From an uncultured archaeon (GTDB taxonomy: Archaea > Asgardarchaeota > Thorarchaeia > Thorarchaeales > Thorarchaeaceae): 64,000 nucleotides of DNA. The notes under the pieces are model-generated. The model worked only from the letters and a program-made list of their open reading frames with translations, did no database searches and had not been told where the DNA came from. The DNA is taken from contig CAZPWM010000002.1 in the NCBI GenBank assembly GCA_964590575.1, forward strand, positions 20,299-84,298. Direction: 5' to 3'. The translations under genes and the position numbers were made by a program. This document shows positions 9,595-19,424 of the stretch, in pieces. Numbering within the stretch: the stretch's first letter is position 1; every line of letters begins with the position of its first letter.

Positions 9595-10890
9595 TTGGAT
9601 GCTCCTGATATGACTGACCGGCAAAAGTTGAAAATCGATAGTAATCGTTTGAAAGAAATCAACGAGTTTCTTCTTCGTGATGATAATCCACTTGTCAACG
9701 ATCTTCTCAAGGTGATTGAGAAATACGGTGGCGTGGATGAGATAAATAGGACTGCTGAGGAAGCAAGAAAACTTGAGAATCTTCTTTCTCAACTTGAAGC
9801 AAAAGACTCCGCTTATTTGAAGGACCTCACTTGGCTTCAGGAACAACGTGACGATGATGCATTCATTTCGATACCTGATTATCGACGGAAAATTCTTGGA
9901 GACAAGGCTGACAGCACAAAGTTCGATGACAGTTTTGCAGTCACTCTTGAGATAAGTGCATGTCAATACTTCCCTTGGCTCATTGATGAGGCAAAGCAGT
10001 CACTCGAGAAAGATGAACTCATGCCTGGTCGTTTCATTCGTGTTAGAAACATGGCCGAGCAGACCGCAGATGACCAAGTCATTGCGTTTGCTGCTGGAAT
10101 GCAGATAGTCGGTGCATCCTATGTCGAAACACTAGATACGAAGGGAACTTATCCCGGTACAGATGGTGCTCCTGTCAATGTACATCTAGGTGGTCCAGAT
10201 ACGATTACTGGATATTTTGGTGGTGTTGGGATGCCAAACAAGTTTCCACTGAAATGGGCTGATGAGTATCTCAACTACTACACAACATATGGTGTAAAAC
10301 AGGTCCTAAACGTCAACCCTGGTACTGTGCTGTTAGGTTACATGATGCACAAGCTTGGGATTGACATGGAGTTCAAGATATCTGTCTACATGGGGAATGA
10401 TAATCCCTATGCTTGTTTCTGGACATTGTTGACTGCAAAACTATTCAGTCGAGATGATGGTACTAGTCCTTTGATTGGTTTCAATCTTTCAAATAGTGTA
10501 GACAATAAGACAATCGAAATGGCTGCATATGTTCGGGAAGACTTTGGTTTTGAAGATGTGGTTAGAATCGAGCACCACATCACTGAAACCTACAAATCCA
10601 TCGTTCGACAACCCTACGATAGACTTCCTGAGCTACTTGAGCTTGCTGACCATGTGAAGAACATAAGCGCTAAGCATGAAGGTGCAGTCCCTGAGATTGA
10701 CGCTAAACGAGAATATCCTAGCGACATCCTCGATTACTTCAGACCAAAAGCTGACATCATTGAACAAGGTCACATGTCATTTAATCTACGGAATTATCTA
10801 GACAAACATCATTCACTGAATCGAACTGCAGAGGAACTGACCAAACGTGGTCTGACATTCATTGCTGCACAGAAATTACACAAGACGTAG
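9595..10890 (+). CDS. Conserved hypothetical protein (possible alpha/beta-barrel enzyme; ATG 9610 is the likely start)
   Basis: 431-aa ORF with enzyme-like motifs (ETLDTKG, TITGYFGGVG, RIEHH, SAKHEG); function not recognised. Confidence 0.7.
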   Translation: MDAPDMTDRQKLKIDSNRLKEINEFLLRDDNPLVNDLLKVIEKYGGVDEINRTAEEARKLENLLSQLEAKDSAYLKDLTWLQEQRDDDAFISIPDYRRKILGDKADSTKFDDSFAVTLEISACQYFPWLIDEAKQSLEKDELMPGRFIRVRNMAEQTADDQVIAFAAGMQIVGASYVETLDTKGTYPGTDGAPVNVHLGGPDTITGYFGGVGMPNKFPLKWADEYLNYYTTYGVKQVLNVNPGTVLLGYMMHKLGIDMEFKISVYMGNDNPYACFWTLLTAKLFSRDDGTSPLIGFNLSNSVDNKTIEMAAYVREDFGFEDVVRIEHHITETYKSIVRQPYDRLPELLELADHVKNISAKHEGAVPEIDAKREYPSDILDYFRPKADIIEQGHMSFNLRNYLDKHHSLNRTAEELTKRGLTFIAAQKLHKT

Positions 10891-10920
10891 GACTACTCGT
10901 GAAATGAGAATATACGGTGG

Positions 10921-10940
10921 GAGGGCCTTAGAAGGCCCTC
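10921..10940. terminator. Hairpin GAGGGCCTT-AG-AAGGCCCTC between convergent genes
   Basis: 9-bp perfect stem abutting the stop codon at 10941. Confidence 0.55.
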
Positions 10941-11408
10941 TCACATGTCTGGTTGGAATATATCATCATACATATTCTGCAGTTTAGTCTTGTGAGCTTC
11001 TTCTTCTTTTGCTAGAGTTTCAAAAACAGATCTGTGTGATGAATTACCTGTTAGCTCAGAGAGCGCCTTATAGAAACTATTAGCAGCGGCCTCTTTCTTT
11101 ATTGCCACAATCACTACATCTTGTGGTGCTGATGATGGTAGAAGTGGTATATCGACGAGATATTTATCCAAATCTAATTTTTCCACCTCTTCAACAGAGC
11201 TGCAAGTGAAAGTATCACAAACCCCTTCCTTGAGTGCTTCTTCCAATTTCTGCTTATGGATTACTTCTTGACTTGCAAGATCCTTGAGCAATTTGGCAGA
11301 TGCTTTCAACTCTGAATCTTCAGCGGCTTTCATGTAGAAATCGTGAGCTTCCTCCTCCCTTTTGATAGCAAGGGAGACTAATTTTTCAAAAGTCTGTTGA
11401 ACCGACAA
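10941..11408 (-). CDS. Rubrerythrin/ferritin-like diiron protein
   Basis: Duplicated AIKxExxA..FY...LAxxExxH motifs. Confidence 0.88.
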   Translation of the reverse strand: MSVQQTFEKLVSLAIKREEEAHDFYMKAAEDSELKASAKLLKDLASQEVIHKQKLEEALKEGVCDTFTCSSVEEVEKLDLDKYLVDIPLLPSSAPQDVVIVAIKKEAAANSFYKALSELTGNSSHRSVFETLAKEEEAHKTKLQNMYDDIFQPDM

Positions 11409-11526
11409 TGATGTTCCCCAGATTTGGCATTAAGAAAGCCCGTATTAAGCTTGATGTTAGGATAAGATACAACAAAGCAATGCTTTTGAAGTGGTTCAGT
11501 TTCGGCCGATGCTGGAGTAACAAACC

Positions 11527-11973
11527 TTGGAACAGAACAATGGACGTTCATTCAACTGTGCAGAAAGTGTAATTATGAGAGTGAATCGTGAATCATCCTT
11601 GCCAGGATTCAATGACTCTTGTATGCGTGTTGCATCAGTCTTGGGGGGCGGTTTTGCTGGGTGTGGTGAAGTCTGTGGAGCTGCTAGTGGTGCAGTCCTC
11701 GCTCTTGCCCTTCTAACTGGGACTACCGGTGATGAACCAGTAATGGACTTCAAAGAAAGACGGAGTTTTGCACGTACCGTGATAAGTGACTTCATGAACA
11801 ACTTCACCGATAACTGGGGATCAGTTGAGTGCAAATTCCTACGCGCAATGGATTCAGGTGGGGTTCCACCAAAAGGTAAACTCCGTAGTGGACCTGCTAA
11901 GAAACTCTGCGACGAGTATGTGGATTGGAGCACTGAGAAGGTGTTGAGTATCAGAGAGAATCTCAATATGTAA
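11527..11973 (+). CDS. C_GCAxxG_C_C family putative redox protein
   Basis: FNCAESV, GCGEVCGAASG, VEC, LC. Confidence 0.85.
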   Translation: MEQNNGRSFNCAESVIMRVNRESSLPGFNDSCMRVASVLGGGFAGCGEVCGAASGAVLALALLTGTTGDEPVMDFKERRSFARTVISDFMNNFTDNWGSVECKFLRAMDSGGVPPKGKLRSGPAKKLCDEYVDWSTEKVLSIRENLNM

Positions 11974-11977
11974 CTGA

Positions 11978-13273
11978 TTACTTCTTCTGAAACACTATCT
12001 CTTTCATTCCAGATGGTAGATACTTGTGCAATGCCTTGGGAATTTCCACACTTCCATCTTCTTTCTGATAATTCTCAATGATTGCCACCATTGTCCGCGG
12101 ATTTGCCATCATTGTGCTGTTCAAAGTGTGAAGGAATGCCTTCTCAGTACCTCCCTTCTTCAGACGGTATTTGATGTTGAGCCTGGTTGCTTGATAGGAC
12201 GTGCAGTTACTGCATGAACCGCCCTCTCTATACTTTTGTTGTCCTGGAAACCAGAACTCGAGGTCCAGCTTCTTTGCAGCTACTATCCCAATATCTCCTG
12301 TACAAACATTCACCACACGGTATGGCAATTTTAATGCTTGAATAAAGGTTTCTTCATTCTTGATTAGTTCTTCATGGATATTCCATGATTCTTCAGGCAG
12401 ACTGAACACAAACTGTTCAACTTTATTGAATTGATGCACTCTGAATATCCCCTTTGTGTCCTTACCATGAGAACCTGCCTCCTTTCTGAAACAAGTACTC
12501 ACCCCGGCAAGTTTGAGAGGAAGATCCGTTGGTTCAAATATCTCCCCCATATACATTCCTGCCATTGGATGCTCTGAGGTTGCAATCAAGTAAAGGTCCT
12601 CTCCTTCAATCTTATACATGACATTTTCAAAATCTGCAAGATCTGTTACACCCTCGTAGGGCTCCCGTCGCATCATGAATGGTGGATAGATTGGAGTGTA
12701 TCCTTGCTTCAAGAGCATCTCTAGTGCCATCTGTTGCATAGCAATATCAAGCAAGACTAGTTCGTTTTTCAAATAGTAAAACCTTGAACCTGAAAGTCTT
12801 GCAGCTCTTGGGATGTCCCCTATATCTAATAATTCAAGCAAGTCTACATGGCTCCGACACTCAAAGTCGAACTCAGGTCTACCACCCCATTCTTTCACAA
12901 CTTCATTATCTTCCTCATCTACACCATATGGAACACTTTCATGGAGGATATTTGGGATGCTCATTTGGATACCCCTGAGCTCTTGTTCAATCTCATCTGT
13001 TTCAGACTCTATTGTCTTGATCTTCTCATTTACCGCGTTTACCTTCTTGACAATCTTGGAATCATCCTTTCCCGATTTCTTCAGCTCACCAATCTCTCTT
13101 GAGAGTCTGTTGCGTTGAGTCCTGAGGACCTGAATTTCCTTCTTCAACGCTTTTACCTTCTCATCGAGCTTGAGAAGATACTCAAACTGTTTCAATTTTT
13201 CATCATCCTGTCGCCGTTTCAGGTTATCACGGATTAGGTCGATGTTTTCACGAATGAATCGGATGTCTAACAT
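11978..13273 (-). CDS. serS: Seryl-tRNA synthetase
   Basis: N-terminal coiled coil, LIATSEHP, CFRKEAG, IFRVHQF, SCSNCTSYQ, HTLNST. Confidence 0.97.
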   Translation of the reverse strand: MLDIRFIRENIDLIRDNLKRRQDDEKLKQFEYLLKLDEKVKALKKEIQVLRTQRNRLSREIGELKKSGKDDSKIVKKVNAVNEKIKTIESETDEIEQELRGIQMSIPNILHESVPYGVDEEDNEVVKEWGGRPEFDFECRSHVDLLELLDIGDIPRAARLSGSRFYYLKNELVLLDIAMQQMALEMLLKQGYTPIYPPFMMRREPYEGVTDLADFENVMYKIEGEDLYLIATSEHPMAGMYMGEIFEPTDLPLKLAGVSTCFRKEAGSHGKDTKGIFRVHQFNKVEQFVFSLPEESWNIHEELIKNEETFIQALKLPYRVVNVCTGDIGIVAAKKLDLEFWFPGQQKYREGGSCSNCTSYQATRLNIKYRLKKGGTEKAFLHTLNSTMMANPRTMVAIIENYQKEDGSVEIPKALHKYLPSGMKEIVFQKK

Positions 13274-13356
13274 AGAACGATTTCACCTGTCAAGGTTATG
13301 TATTCTTGAGTGATTTCAGAAGCCAGATAAGTCGTTTCCTAGTCAGCCATTGGAAA

Positions 13357-14004
13357 TCATTTCTCATCTAACTCAGCAGAAGGACACAGATCATTGAGTG
13401 AACAATCGATGCAATTTGGCTTCCGCGACTTGCACGTTCTCCTTCCATGAGCTCCAATCAGTTTAGCGTAATCGCTCCACAGCTTTTTTGGAAGCAATTC
13501 CATCAAGTCTCTCTCGATTTTTTGCGCATTCTTATCATGTTTACTTAAACCAAGGCGAACAGTCACACGCATAACATGCGTGTCTACTACAACTCCCACA
13601 CTGAGCCCAAACACAACTGAAAGGACTACATTTGCTGTTTTCCTACTTACGCCTGGGAATGAGGTAAGTTCCTCCATAGTTTTAGGAACCTTATTGGCAA
13701 ACCTCTCGATTAGCTGGCGAGATGTTTCAGTGATGTATCCTGCTTTTTTGTTAAAAGCACCAAGTGGTCTTATGATCTGACCTATTTCATCAAGGTTTGC
13801 CTTTGCCATCTTCTCAGGAGTGGGATATTCTTTGAATAGTATTGGAGATATCTTATTCACGCCCGCATCTGTAGCGCGTGCTGAGAGAATTGTTACTATC
13901 AACATCTCAAATGGATTCTGATAGTTCAGATACGTCTTAGGAGCATCAGGGTAGGTTTTATCCAGCATTTTGACTATCTCTACTGCTTTGCTACTCATGC
14001 TCAT
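13357..14004 (-). CDS. nth: Endonuclease III
   Basis: HhH PGVSRKTANVV, VDTHV, Cx6Cx2Cx5C 4Fe-4S motif. Confidence 0.94.
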   Translation of the reverse strand: MSMSSKAVEIVKMLDKTYPDAPKTYLNYQNPFEMLIVTILSARATDAGVNKISPILFKEYPTPEKMAKANLDEIGQIIRPLGAFNKKAGYITETSRQLIERFANKVPKTMEELTSFPGVSRKTANVVLSVVFGLSVGVVVDTHVMRVTVRLGLSKHDKNAQKIERDLMELLPKKLWSDYAKLIGAHGRRTCKSRKPNCIDCSLNDLCPSAELDEK

Positions 14005-15613
14005 CTATCTCACCATCATTGACAATCTTGGTTTCTTTTTCAGTTTTCACAAGTCCCTTGGTTGCAATCCATCCGAGTATTATGAGATTAAGACAGAAGA
14101 TGATAATGAAGAGATAGGCCTGAGGGAAATAATGGAAGATGACTCCTCCAAAATATGGGCCTATTGATGCAAATAGATAAACAATGAACCAAAACACACT
14201 GAGGATCTTCGATGTATCTCGTCTCGGGAGATTCTTTTGGATAATTGTCAGCAACAACAAATTCCACACAGCATCATTAACGGACTTCATTACTATGGCC
14301 AGAAAGGGGGTCGAAAACACAGCTCCGAGTCCAGCGAATAATGACTCGGCTTGATTAATTACTGATTGTGGAGCCCAATAGGGAAATATTGGAGCTATAT
14401 AAAGAAGAAGAGCACAAATTGGCATTATGCTATAAACAATCAGTGAAGTTTTCCTCTCACCACGTCTATCAGACAACCGTCCGGTTCCCAATAGCAAAGG
14501 TACTGATACTAGAATAGTGACGAGACTCATCAGAATTATTCCTGGAATTTCGATATGTACTTCTTCGTAGATATAGATGTAAGCACCGAATTTGAACAGT
14601 GAATCGCTTAAGGAGTCGAAAATAGCAATAGTAATCATCCCAGGAACTGCTTTGAGGAGCAAACCTGCAGCTCTTTTGTTATCTTGGATGAAGAATCTTA
14701 CGAGCGAAACACCTTCTCGTTTCACTTCTGGAGCTTTCCCCTCAAGGAAAACAGCTCTCACTATGGAAGCACCAACGAGAAATAGACCGCCAGTTAGGAA
14801 CATCAATCGAAGGCTCGGTCCAAATTCCATCATTGGAGTCAGGACGATAAAAACACCGAGAGTTATTATTCCGAAAACTCTTCCAGCACTGAAGAATGAA
14901 ATCCCCAGTCCACTGTGCTCTTTGGGGATGTTGTCCATTATGTACGCGGTTGAGCCACCTTTGAAAACATCCATTGTCGAGAAGAATATGAGCGCAATAA
15001 TAATCCATGAGAACTCTACGAAGATACCCATTATTAGATTGTATACTGCCATCATGAACATGGCTACAACTGAGAGATGCTTCCTGTTGGACACATCTCC
15101 AACATACCCCCCAATCAGACGTGACGTTGCAGATATTGCACTCATGATGGATAATACAGTGCCAATTAACACATATTCCCAGTCCAACTTAAGTAGATAG
15201 AGATTGAAGAATAATCCTAAGTAGCTAAAAGCAGTGAATATCCATGAAGTTACAAGGTATATAGAATAATTACGCCATGAAAAAACTGTTCGAAGAGAAT
15301 CTAGGAGACTTGGGTCTTCCTTTTTTGTTTCATGGAGTCTTCCTTCAATTTCCTTGAGTCTCTCTCTGATTTTATGGAGTTTTTCCTTCTCCTCTTTTAT
15401 TTCATCGAGTCTTTTTCTGTCTTCTCTCTCAGATTTCATCAAGGCTTCCTGAGCAAGAAGATCCCATTCCATCTTAGAGGGGTCATCATCCAAGTTGTTT
15501 TTGCTCCTTTCGTTAGAATGATGGATGAGTTTCACTACTCTCTTGTCTCCAAACTGGTTGAAATGTGTACTGCCGTTCCAACTGGGACCCATCCGAACTA
15601 ACTTCGGATTCAA
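13991..15613 (-). CDS. MFS transporter with charged N-terminal coiled coil (true start probably near 15472, MEWDLL)
   Basis: GGYVGDVSNRK and GRLSDRRGERK motif-A copies; about 12 TM helices. Confidence 0.85.
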   Translation of the reverse strand: MNPKLVRMGPSWNGSTHFNQFGDKRVVKLIHHSNERSKNNLDDDPSKMEWDLLAQEALMKSEREDRKRLDEIKEEKEKLHKIRERLKEIEGRLHETKKEDPSLLDSLRTVFSWRNYSIYLVTSWIFTAFSYLGLFFNLYLLKLDWEYVLIGTVLSIMSAISATSRLIGGYVGDVSNRKHLSVVAMFMMAVYNLIMGIFVEFSWIIIALIFFSTMDVFKGGSTAYIMDNIPKEHSGLGISFFSAGRVFGIITLGVFIVLTPMMEFGPSLRLMFLTGGLFLVGASIVRAVFLEGKAPEVKREGVSLVRFFIQDNKRAAGLLLKAVPGMITIAIFDSLSDSLFKFGAYIYIYEEVHIEIPGIILMSLVTILVSVPLLLGTGRLSDRRGERKTSLIVYSIMPICALLLYIAPIFPYWAPQSVINQAESLFAGLGAVFSTPFLAIVMKSVNDAVWNLLLLTIIQKNLPRRDTSKILSVFWFIVYLFASIGPYFGGVIFHYFPQAYLFIIIFCLNLIILGWIATKGLVKTEKETKIVNDGEIDEHE

Positions 15614-15700
15614 TATGAACGGCGTGAGAATAAGTAGGTGTACTGAATGAAGCTATATAGATGCCTCACTTTTCATACATACTGTACTAACTGTACTTCT

Positions 15701-15724
15701 CCGGGGTGACCGAAGTGACCCCGG
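15701..15724 (-). terminator. GC-rich hairpin CCGGGGT...ACCCCGG ending the small-ORF cluster
   Basis: 7-bp perfect stem about 35 nt after the stop codon at 15759. Confidence 0.45.
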
Positions 15725-15758
15725 TTATACGCCGGGTCCATTGCATTCACCGTGGCTA

Positions 15759-16028
15759 CTATTCGAACACTAGCACCTTGATGTCACCATCCGCTGTCGG
15801 GATGGCCATGATTTTCTGTGTGCCGATGTCCGCTGTAACCACAAGACTCTCTGGTGGTGCATTTGCACTGATCAGATTCCTTACTGCAAGCTCGAGGTTG
15901 ATAGCAATGAGTCTAACAGTTTCTGAATCAGTGAATGAGTCCACCTCACGTCCATTCTCGGGCGTGGTGATGTCTCCGAATACTGGTTCGATTCTTTGTG
16001 TTCGTATCATTTTCTTTTTTTCCTCCAT
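15759..16028 (-). CDS. 89-aa protein, Roadblock/LC7-like pattern
   Basis: Hairpin (ITTPENGREV), amphipathic helix (RLIAINLELAVRNL), then three short strands (SLVVTA, KIMAIP, IKVLVFE). Confidence 0.5.
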   Translation of the reverse strand: MEEKKKMIRTQRIEPVFGDITTPENGREVDSFTDSETVRLIAINLELAVRNLISANAPPESLVVTADIGTQKIMAIPTADGDIKVLVFE

Positions 16029-16056
16029 AACGGGTTAACCGTATGTTTTTCGTTTT

Positions 16057-16263
16057 TTACCAAGGCTCATAACATGGGGCGTCTGGTTTTCCATCCATCA
16101 TTTTTTGTTTTCTCTCCTCGTATACTTCATTGTTCTCCAATCTCTCGTAAGGTCGGTTTTGGACTCTCTCCCGGATCCAAGGGAGTGGGTCCGGAATCCA
16201 ATTCTCCTTCGTTGTAGATTCTCTCTTTGAACTCTCACACTGCAGAGAATGACAAGAATCCAT
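16057..16263 (-). CDS. 68-aa hypothetical peptide (WIPDPLPW...APCYEPW)
   Basis: Co-oriented in the small-ORF cluster; start uncertain. Confidence 0.45.
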   Translation of the reverse strand: MDSCHSLQCESSKRESTTKENWIPDPLPWIRERVQNRPYERLENNEVYEERKQKMMDGKPDAPCYEPW

Positions 16264-16345
16264 ACCAACCGTGCCAGCAACGATTCATTCCAACTGATGT
16301 ACTGCCTGTGTTCACCTATTTCCTAGTCGTCGTACATGACGATGA

Positions 16346-16543
16346 CTAGAAGGGACTAGGATCTTCACATGGCGGCTGCACAACAGTAGAAATGCCGCGC
16401 ACAACTCCGATTGATAACAACTCCAATGCTGCACGATTCTTAGTCATGCTCTCGTAAAGAGTTCTCATCCGGTCAGTGCTTATCGTTTTCACCTCCGTCG
16501 CTGGTTGTTGATATGGCGGATTCACTTGATTTTCTATGGTCAA
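16346..16543 (-). CDS. Small hypothetical peptide ending QPPCEDPSPF (alternative ATG at 16468 gives 40 aa)
   Basis: GGAGGTGA SD-like site at 16488-16495; hairpin at 16324-16348 right after the stop codon. Confidence 0.45.
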   Translation of the reverse strand: MTIENQVNPPYQQPATEVKTISTDRMRTLYESMTKNRAALELLSIGVVRGISTVVQPPCEDPSPF

Positions 16544-16845
16544 TGCGGTCTATGTTTCTCTTGTTCATAGCTTACGCCTACCTTAGACTAACTTGGAAGC
16601 TAGATACAACTGACATAGTCAGAATTACCTATCTTCTGAGCTCAGTCTGCAGTGTGAATCCAAGTAAGATACTAGGAAACGAGTATAATAAGGGAGTGTC
16701 GCACAAAGAACCACTTCTAGTAAGCCTCTTAGCGCTTTTTCAGGCCTGTTTTACAAAATTCATTGAAAATTATGTCAAACTCAACTTATTGTTTCAACAA
16801 ATACGACTGACATCACATTCATAACTAAACAATTGGCCATAATAC

Positions 16846-17955
16846 GTGGGTATTTTCTTGACAATATCGCGGTCTCTTAGTCGTAGCGAGTTACATCTAC
16901 TCAATAGACTTGCTCTCGATCCGTCGATGAAACGGGCTAATCTTGCACGTGAACTTGGCGTGACGAGATCGGCAATAAGCCAACTATGGACTAAACTTGA
17001 AAAAGAATACGAATTAGTCGTTCGCAGCAACATTGATTATGGACAGCTTGGTTTGCGTCTTTTGTTTGGCTGGGCAAAAGCCTCTGAAACCTCAGATGTT
17101 TTAATGAAATTCTCTCAATGGTTGAAATCAAATTCCCTTGTTACGAGACTTACCAATTCTGTGATGTCGTCAACCTTGGGTGAGATAATATATTTCGAAG
17201 TAATATCTCCACTTGGTGAAAGGCACTCGTGGTTTCAAAAACAGATTGATCGATTTAGGAAGCGGCCATATAGCTTGAATATCGAGCTAGGTGAAGCATC
17301 AAACATTTCGTACAACATGAACCTTGCTCTCTTCAATGGAACCACTTGGTCATTCAGCAACGATTTTCGGCTTCTTGCATCTATTGATGCCGCGAAGGGG
17401 TATGTTGATGTGCTACCATCTGTTGGTAATGTCGAACAAACCGAAGGTGCGACTATCTCACTCGAAGATTTGGTTATTGCATCTGCAGTCGAGTCTAACT
17501 ATCATGTGACTGCGGCTGAGCTTGCGAATAAATTTACAGATCTGCAAATGAAACCTAGTGCAGGAAGAACACTCCGACGCAAGATTGCCAATATGAGGAT
17601 GAAAGTATCTATTCCTTATGCAGACCTTCAGAATATCGGACTCTCTCAAAAGCTCATTGTCTGTATTAAAACAGAATCCGAGGAGTCGTCTTTCTCGCGG
17701 GTTCTTCATGCACAAGCCAGTACATTCCCTAAAGCGAGGGTTATTTCGAGTCAATCAATGACCGTGCTCGATTTAGAGGCGCCAAAAGCAGTGGATTGGC
17801 TGACCGTGTCACAAATACTCACCAATCTCGCAGGTAACACTTCAGAGATATGTACATTTATAGCAGACCGTAATGAGATTAGTAAACGACTTGAGAGTGT
17901 GGTTTCAGCAATTGCATCACGTATGCCCTCTGGAGATCATCAAGTTCGGCGTTGA
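16846..17955 (+). CDS. Tandem wHTH / Lrp-AsnC-like transcriptional regulator
   Basis: RANLARELGVTRSAISQ HTH followed by IDYGQLGL (Lrp linker); second degenerate HTH/linker (DLQNIGL). Confidence 0.75.
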   Translation: MGIFLTISRSLSRSELHLLNRLALDPSMKRANLARELGVTRSAISQLWTKLEKEYELVVRSNIDYGQLGLRLLFGWAKASETSDVLMKFSQWLKSNSLVTRLTNSVMSSTLGEIIYFEVISPLGERHSWFQKQIDRFRKRPYSLNIELGEASNISYNMNLALFNGTTWSFSNDFRLLASIDAAKGYVDVLPSVGNVEQTEGATISLEDLVIASAVESNYHVTAAELANKFTDLQMKPSAGRTLRRKIANMRMKVSIPYADLQNIGLSQKLIVCIKTESEESSFSRVLHAQASTFPKARVISSQSMTVLDLEAPKAVDWLTVSQILTNLAGNTSEICTFIADRNEISKRLESVVSAIASRMPSGDHQVRR

Positions 17956-19424
17956 AAAAATTGGATAATGCTCGTACACCATCTGGAAAATCCTTTCAAG
18001 ATATCCCATCACGTAAGAGCATTTCAATTGATATTGAAACTCCATACGACGACCTTTTCCCAAGCGTCAACGATTCATCAGTGCAATTCTATCTTGATGC
18101 GATGCGTATCTATCTAGGAATTTGTGCTGGCACTGTTTCAATAGATAGCGCATTGAAAGCAGTTGAACGGTTGAAAGGAAATCCAGAGTATGTCGCTTAT
18201 CCTACTAATCCTACGCTGGTCCCAATTAATAATATGTTCAAGAATAAAGTCTTAGAGAATCTAAAGACATTGAGCAAGTTTAATTTGCTTACAAGAGACT
18301 CCGTTAGATCCGCTTATACGTTTGCGTTTCTAACTGAAGAAGTTCCAATTACAAAGACTGACTATGACGTACTCAGTCTCCTGACAATTGACCCAACAAT
18401 CACTCTTGTTAGGGCTGCTGAAGTATTAAAAATGGCTCCTCGAACGGTTGCCAGATCATTGGATCGTATTCGTGAACGTCATTATGTGAGATTTAGTGCA
18501 CTACTTGATTACTCAGCATTCAACATCCAATCTATAATGCTCTTCTTCACACTTCAGGACAATGTCGATTGGACTGAAGTAGAAAGAGGGTTATCGGAGT
18601 ATCCATTTACAAAAAGTCTCCTTAAGACCACAATGACCGATCTTGGCTATGTCACATTCATGATACCGAACCATGAGAAAAATCTCCCAGCATTCCATGA
18701 TTCGCTTAGATCAGTTTCTAGAACCTACTTCGACTACGCAAGCCTTCATCATCAGACCGGATCTGGCGCAAAATCAAATCTAGCACTTTTCAAAGATGGT
18801 CGTTGGGCTCTTGCGCGAGCTGTAGATTCTCCCTTTGAAGATGCAAAGCTAGACGTGGCTGGTTTGCCTCTTTTACTGCTGTGTAAAGGTGTAAAGAACG
18901 ATTTTGGTCAGACCGATTTAGCTGTGGGTTCACAACTTCAATTAGATGTCCGTGCCCCACCAAGTAAAATCAGTAAGAGTTTGGCTACCCATGGGTGGGA
19001 GATTGATCCCCGGCGTATATCTCAGGTCATCCAAAAACTTCATAGCAGGGCATTAATCCATCCCTATGTAACAGTGCAAGGTCTTGGACTATCATCGAAT
19101 TTTTGTTTTGAAATAGTCTGTAACGAATCTTGGAGAGACCGTATTCTCTCCACAATCGTCACATTTCCTTGGACTATGTATTATCTCTCAGCCAGAGGAA
19201 TTATAGTTTGGACAAGCGTGCCAGCTTATCATCAGGTAGAATACTATCAGGTATTTCGAGCTCTTCAACAAATGAGTGGCGTTGAAATCGTTCAACCCAT
19301 CATGACAATTAGTCAGAGCGGGTCAAGATCAACCATTGACCTCACTCGAAACTGGGAGTATGAAAATGGAGTCTGGTCTGTTACACCGGAAGAAGTTGAC
19401 CTTCGTCAATACCTTCTCTCCTAA
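17952..19424 (+). CDS. Tandem wHTH / Lrp-AsnC-like regulator with N-terminal extension
   Basis: LVRAAEVLKMAPRTVARSLDRI...LDYSAFNI; second repeat ...VQGLGL; 4-nt overlap with the upstream paralog. Confidence 0.75.
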   Translation: MKKLDNARTPSGKSFQDIPSRKSISIDIETPYDDLFPSVNDSSVQFYLDAMRIYLGICAGTVSIDSALKAVERLKGNPEYVAYPTNPTLVPINNMFKNKVLENLKTLSKFNLLTRDSVRSAYTFAFLTEEVPITKTDYDVLSLLTIDPTITLVRAAEVLKMAPRTVARSLDRIRERHYVRFSALLDYSAFNIQSIMLFFTLQDNVDWTEVERGLSEYPFTKSLLKTTMTDLGYVTFMIPNHEKNLPAFHDSLRSVSRTYFDYASLHHQTGSGAKSNLALFKDGRWALARAVDSPFEDAKLDVAGLPLLLLCKGVKNDFGQTDLAVGSQLQLDVRAPPSKISKSLATHGWEIDPRRISQVIQKLHSRALIHPYVTVQGLGLSSNFCFEIVCNESWRDRILSTIVTFPWTMYYLSARGIIVWTSVPAYHQVEYYQVFRALQQMSGVEIVQPIMTISQSGSRSTIDLTRNWEYENGVWSVTPEEVDLRQYLLS

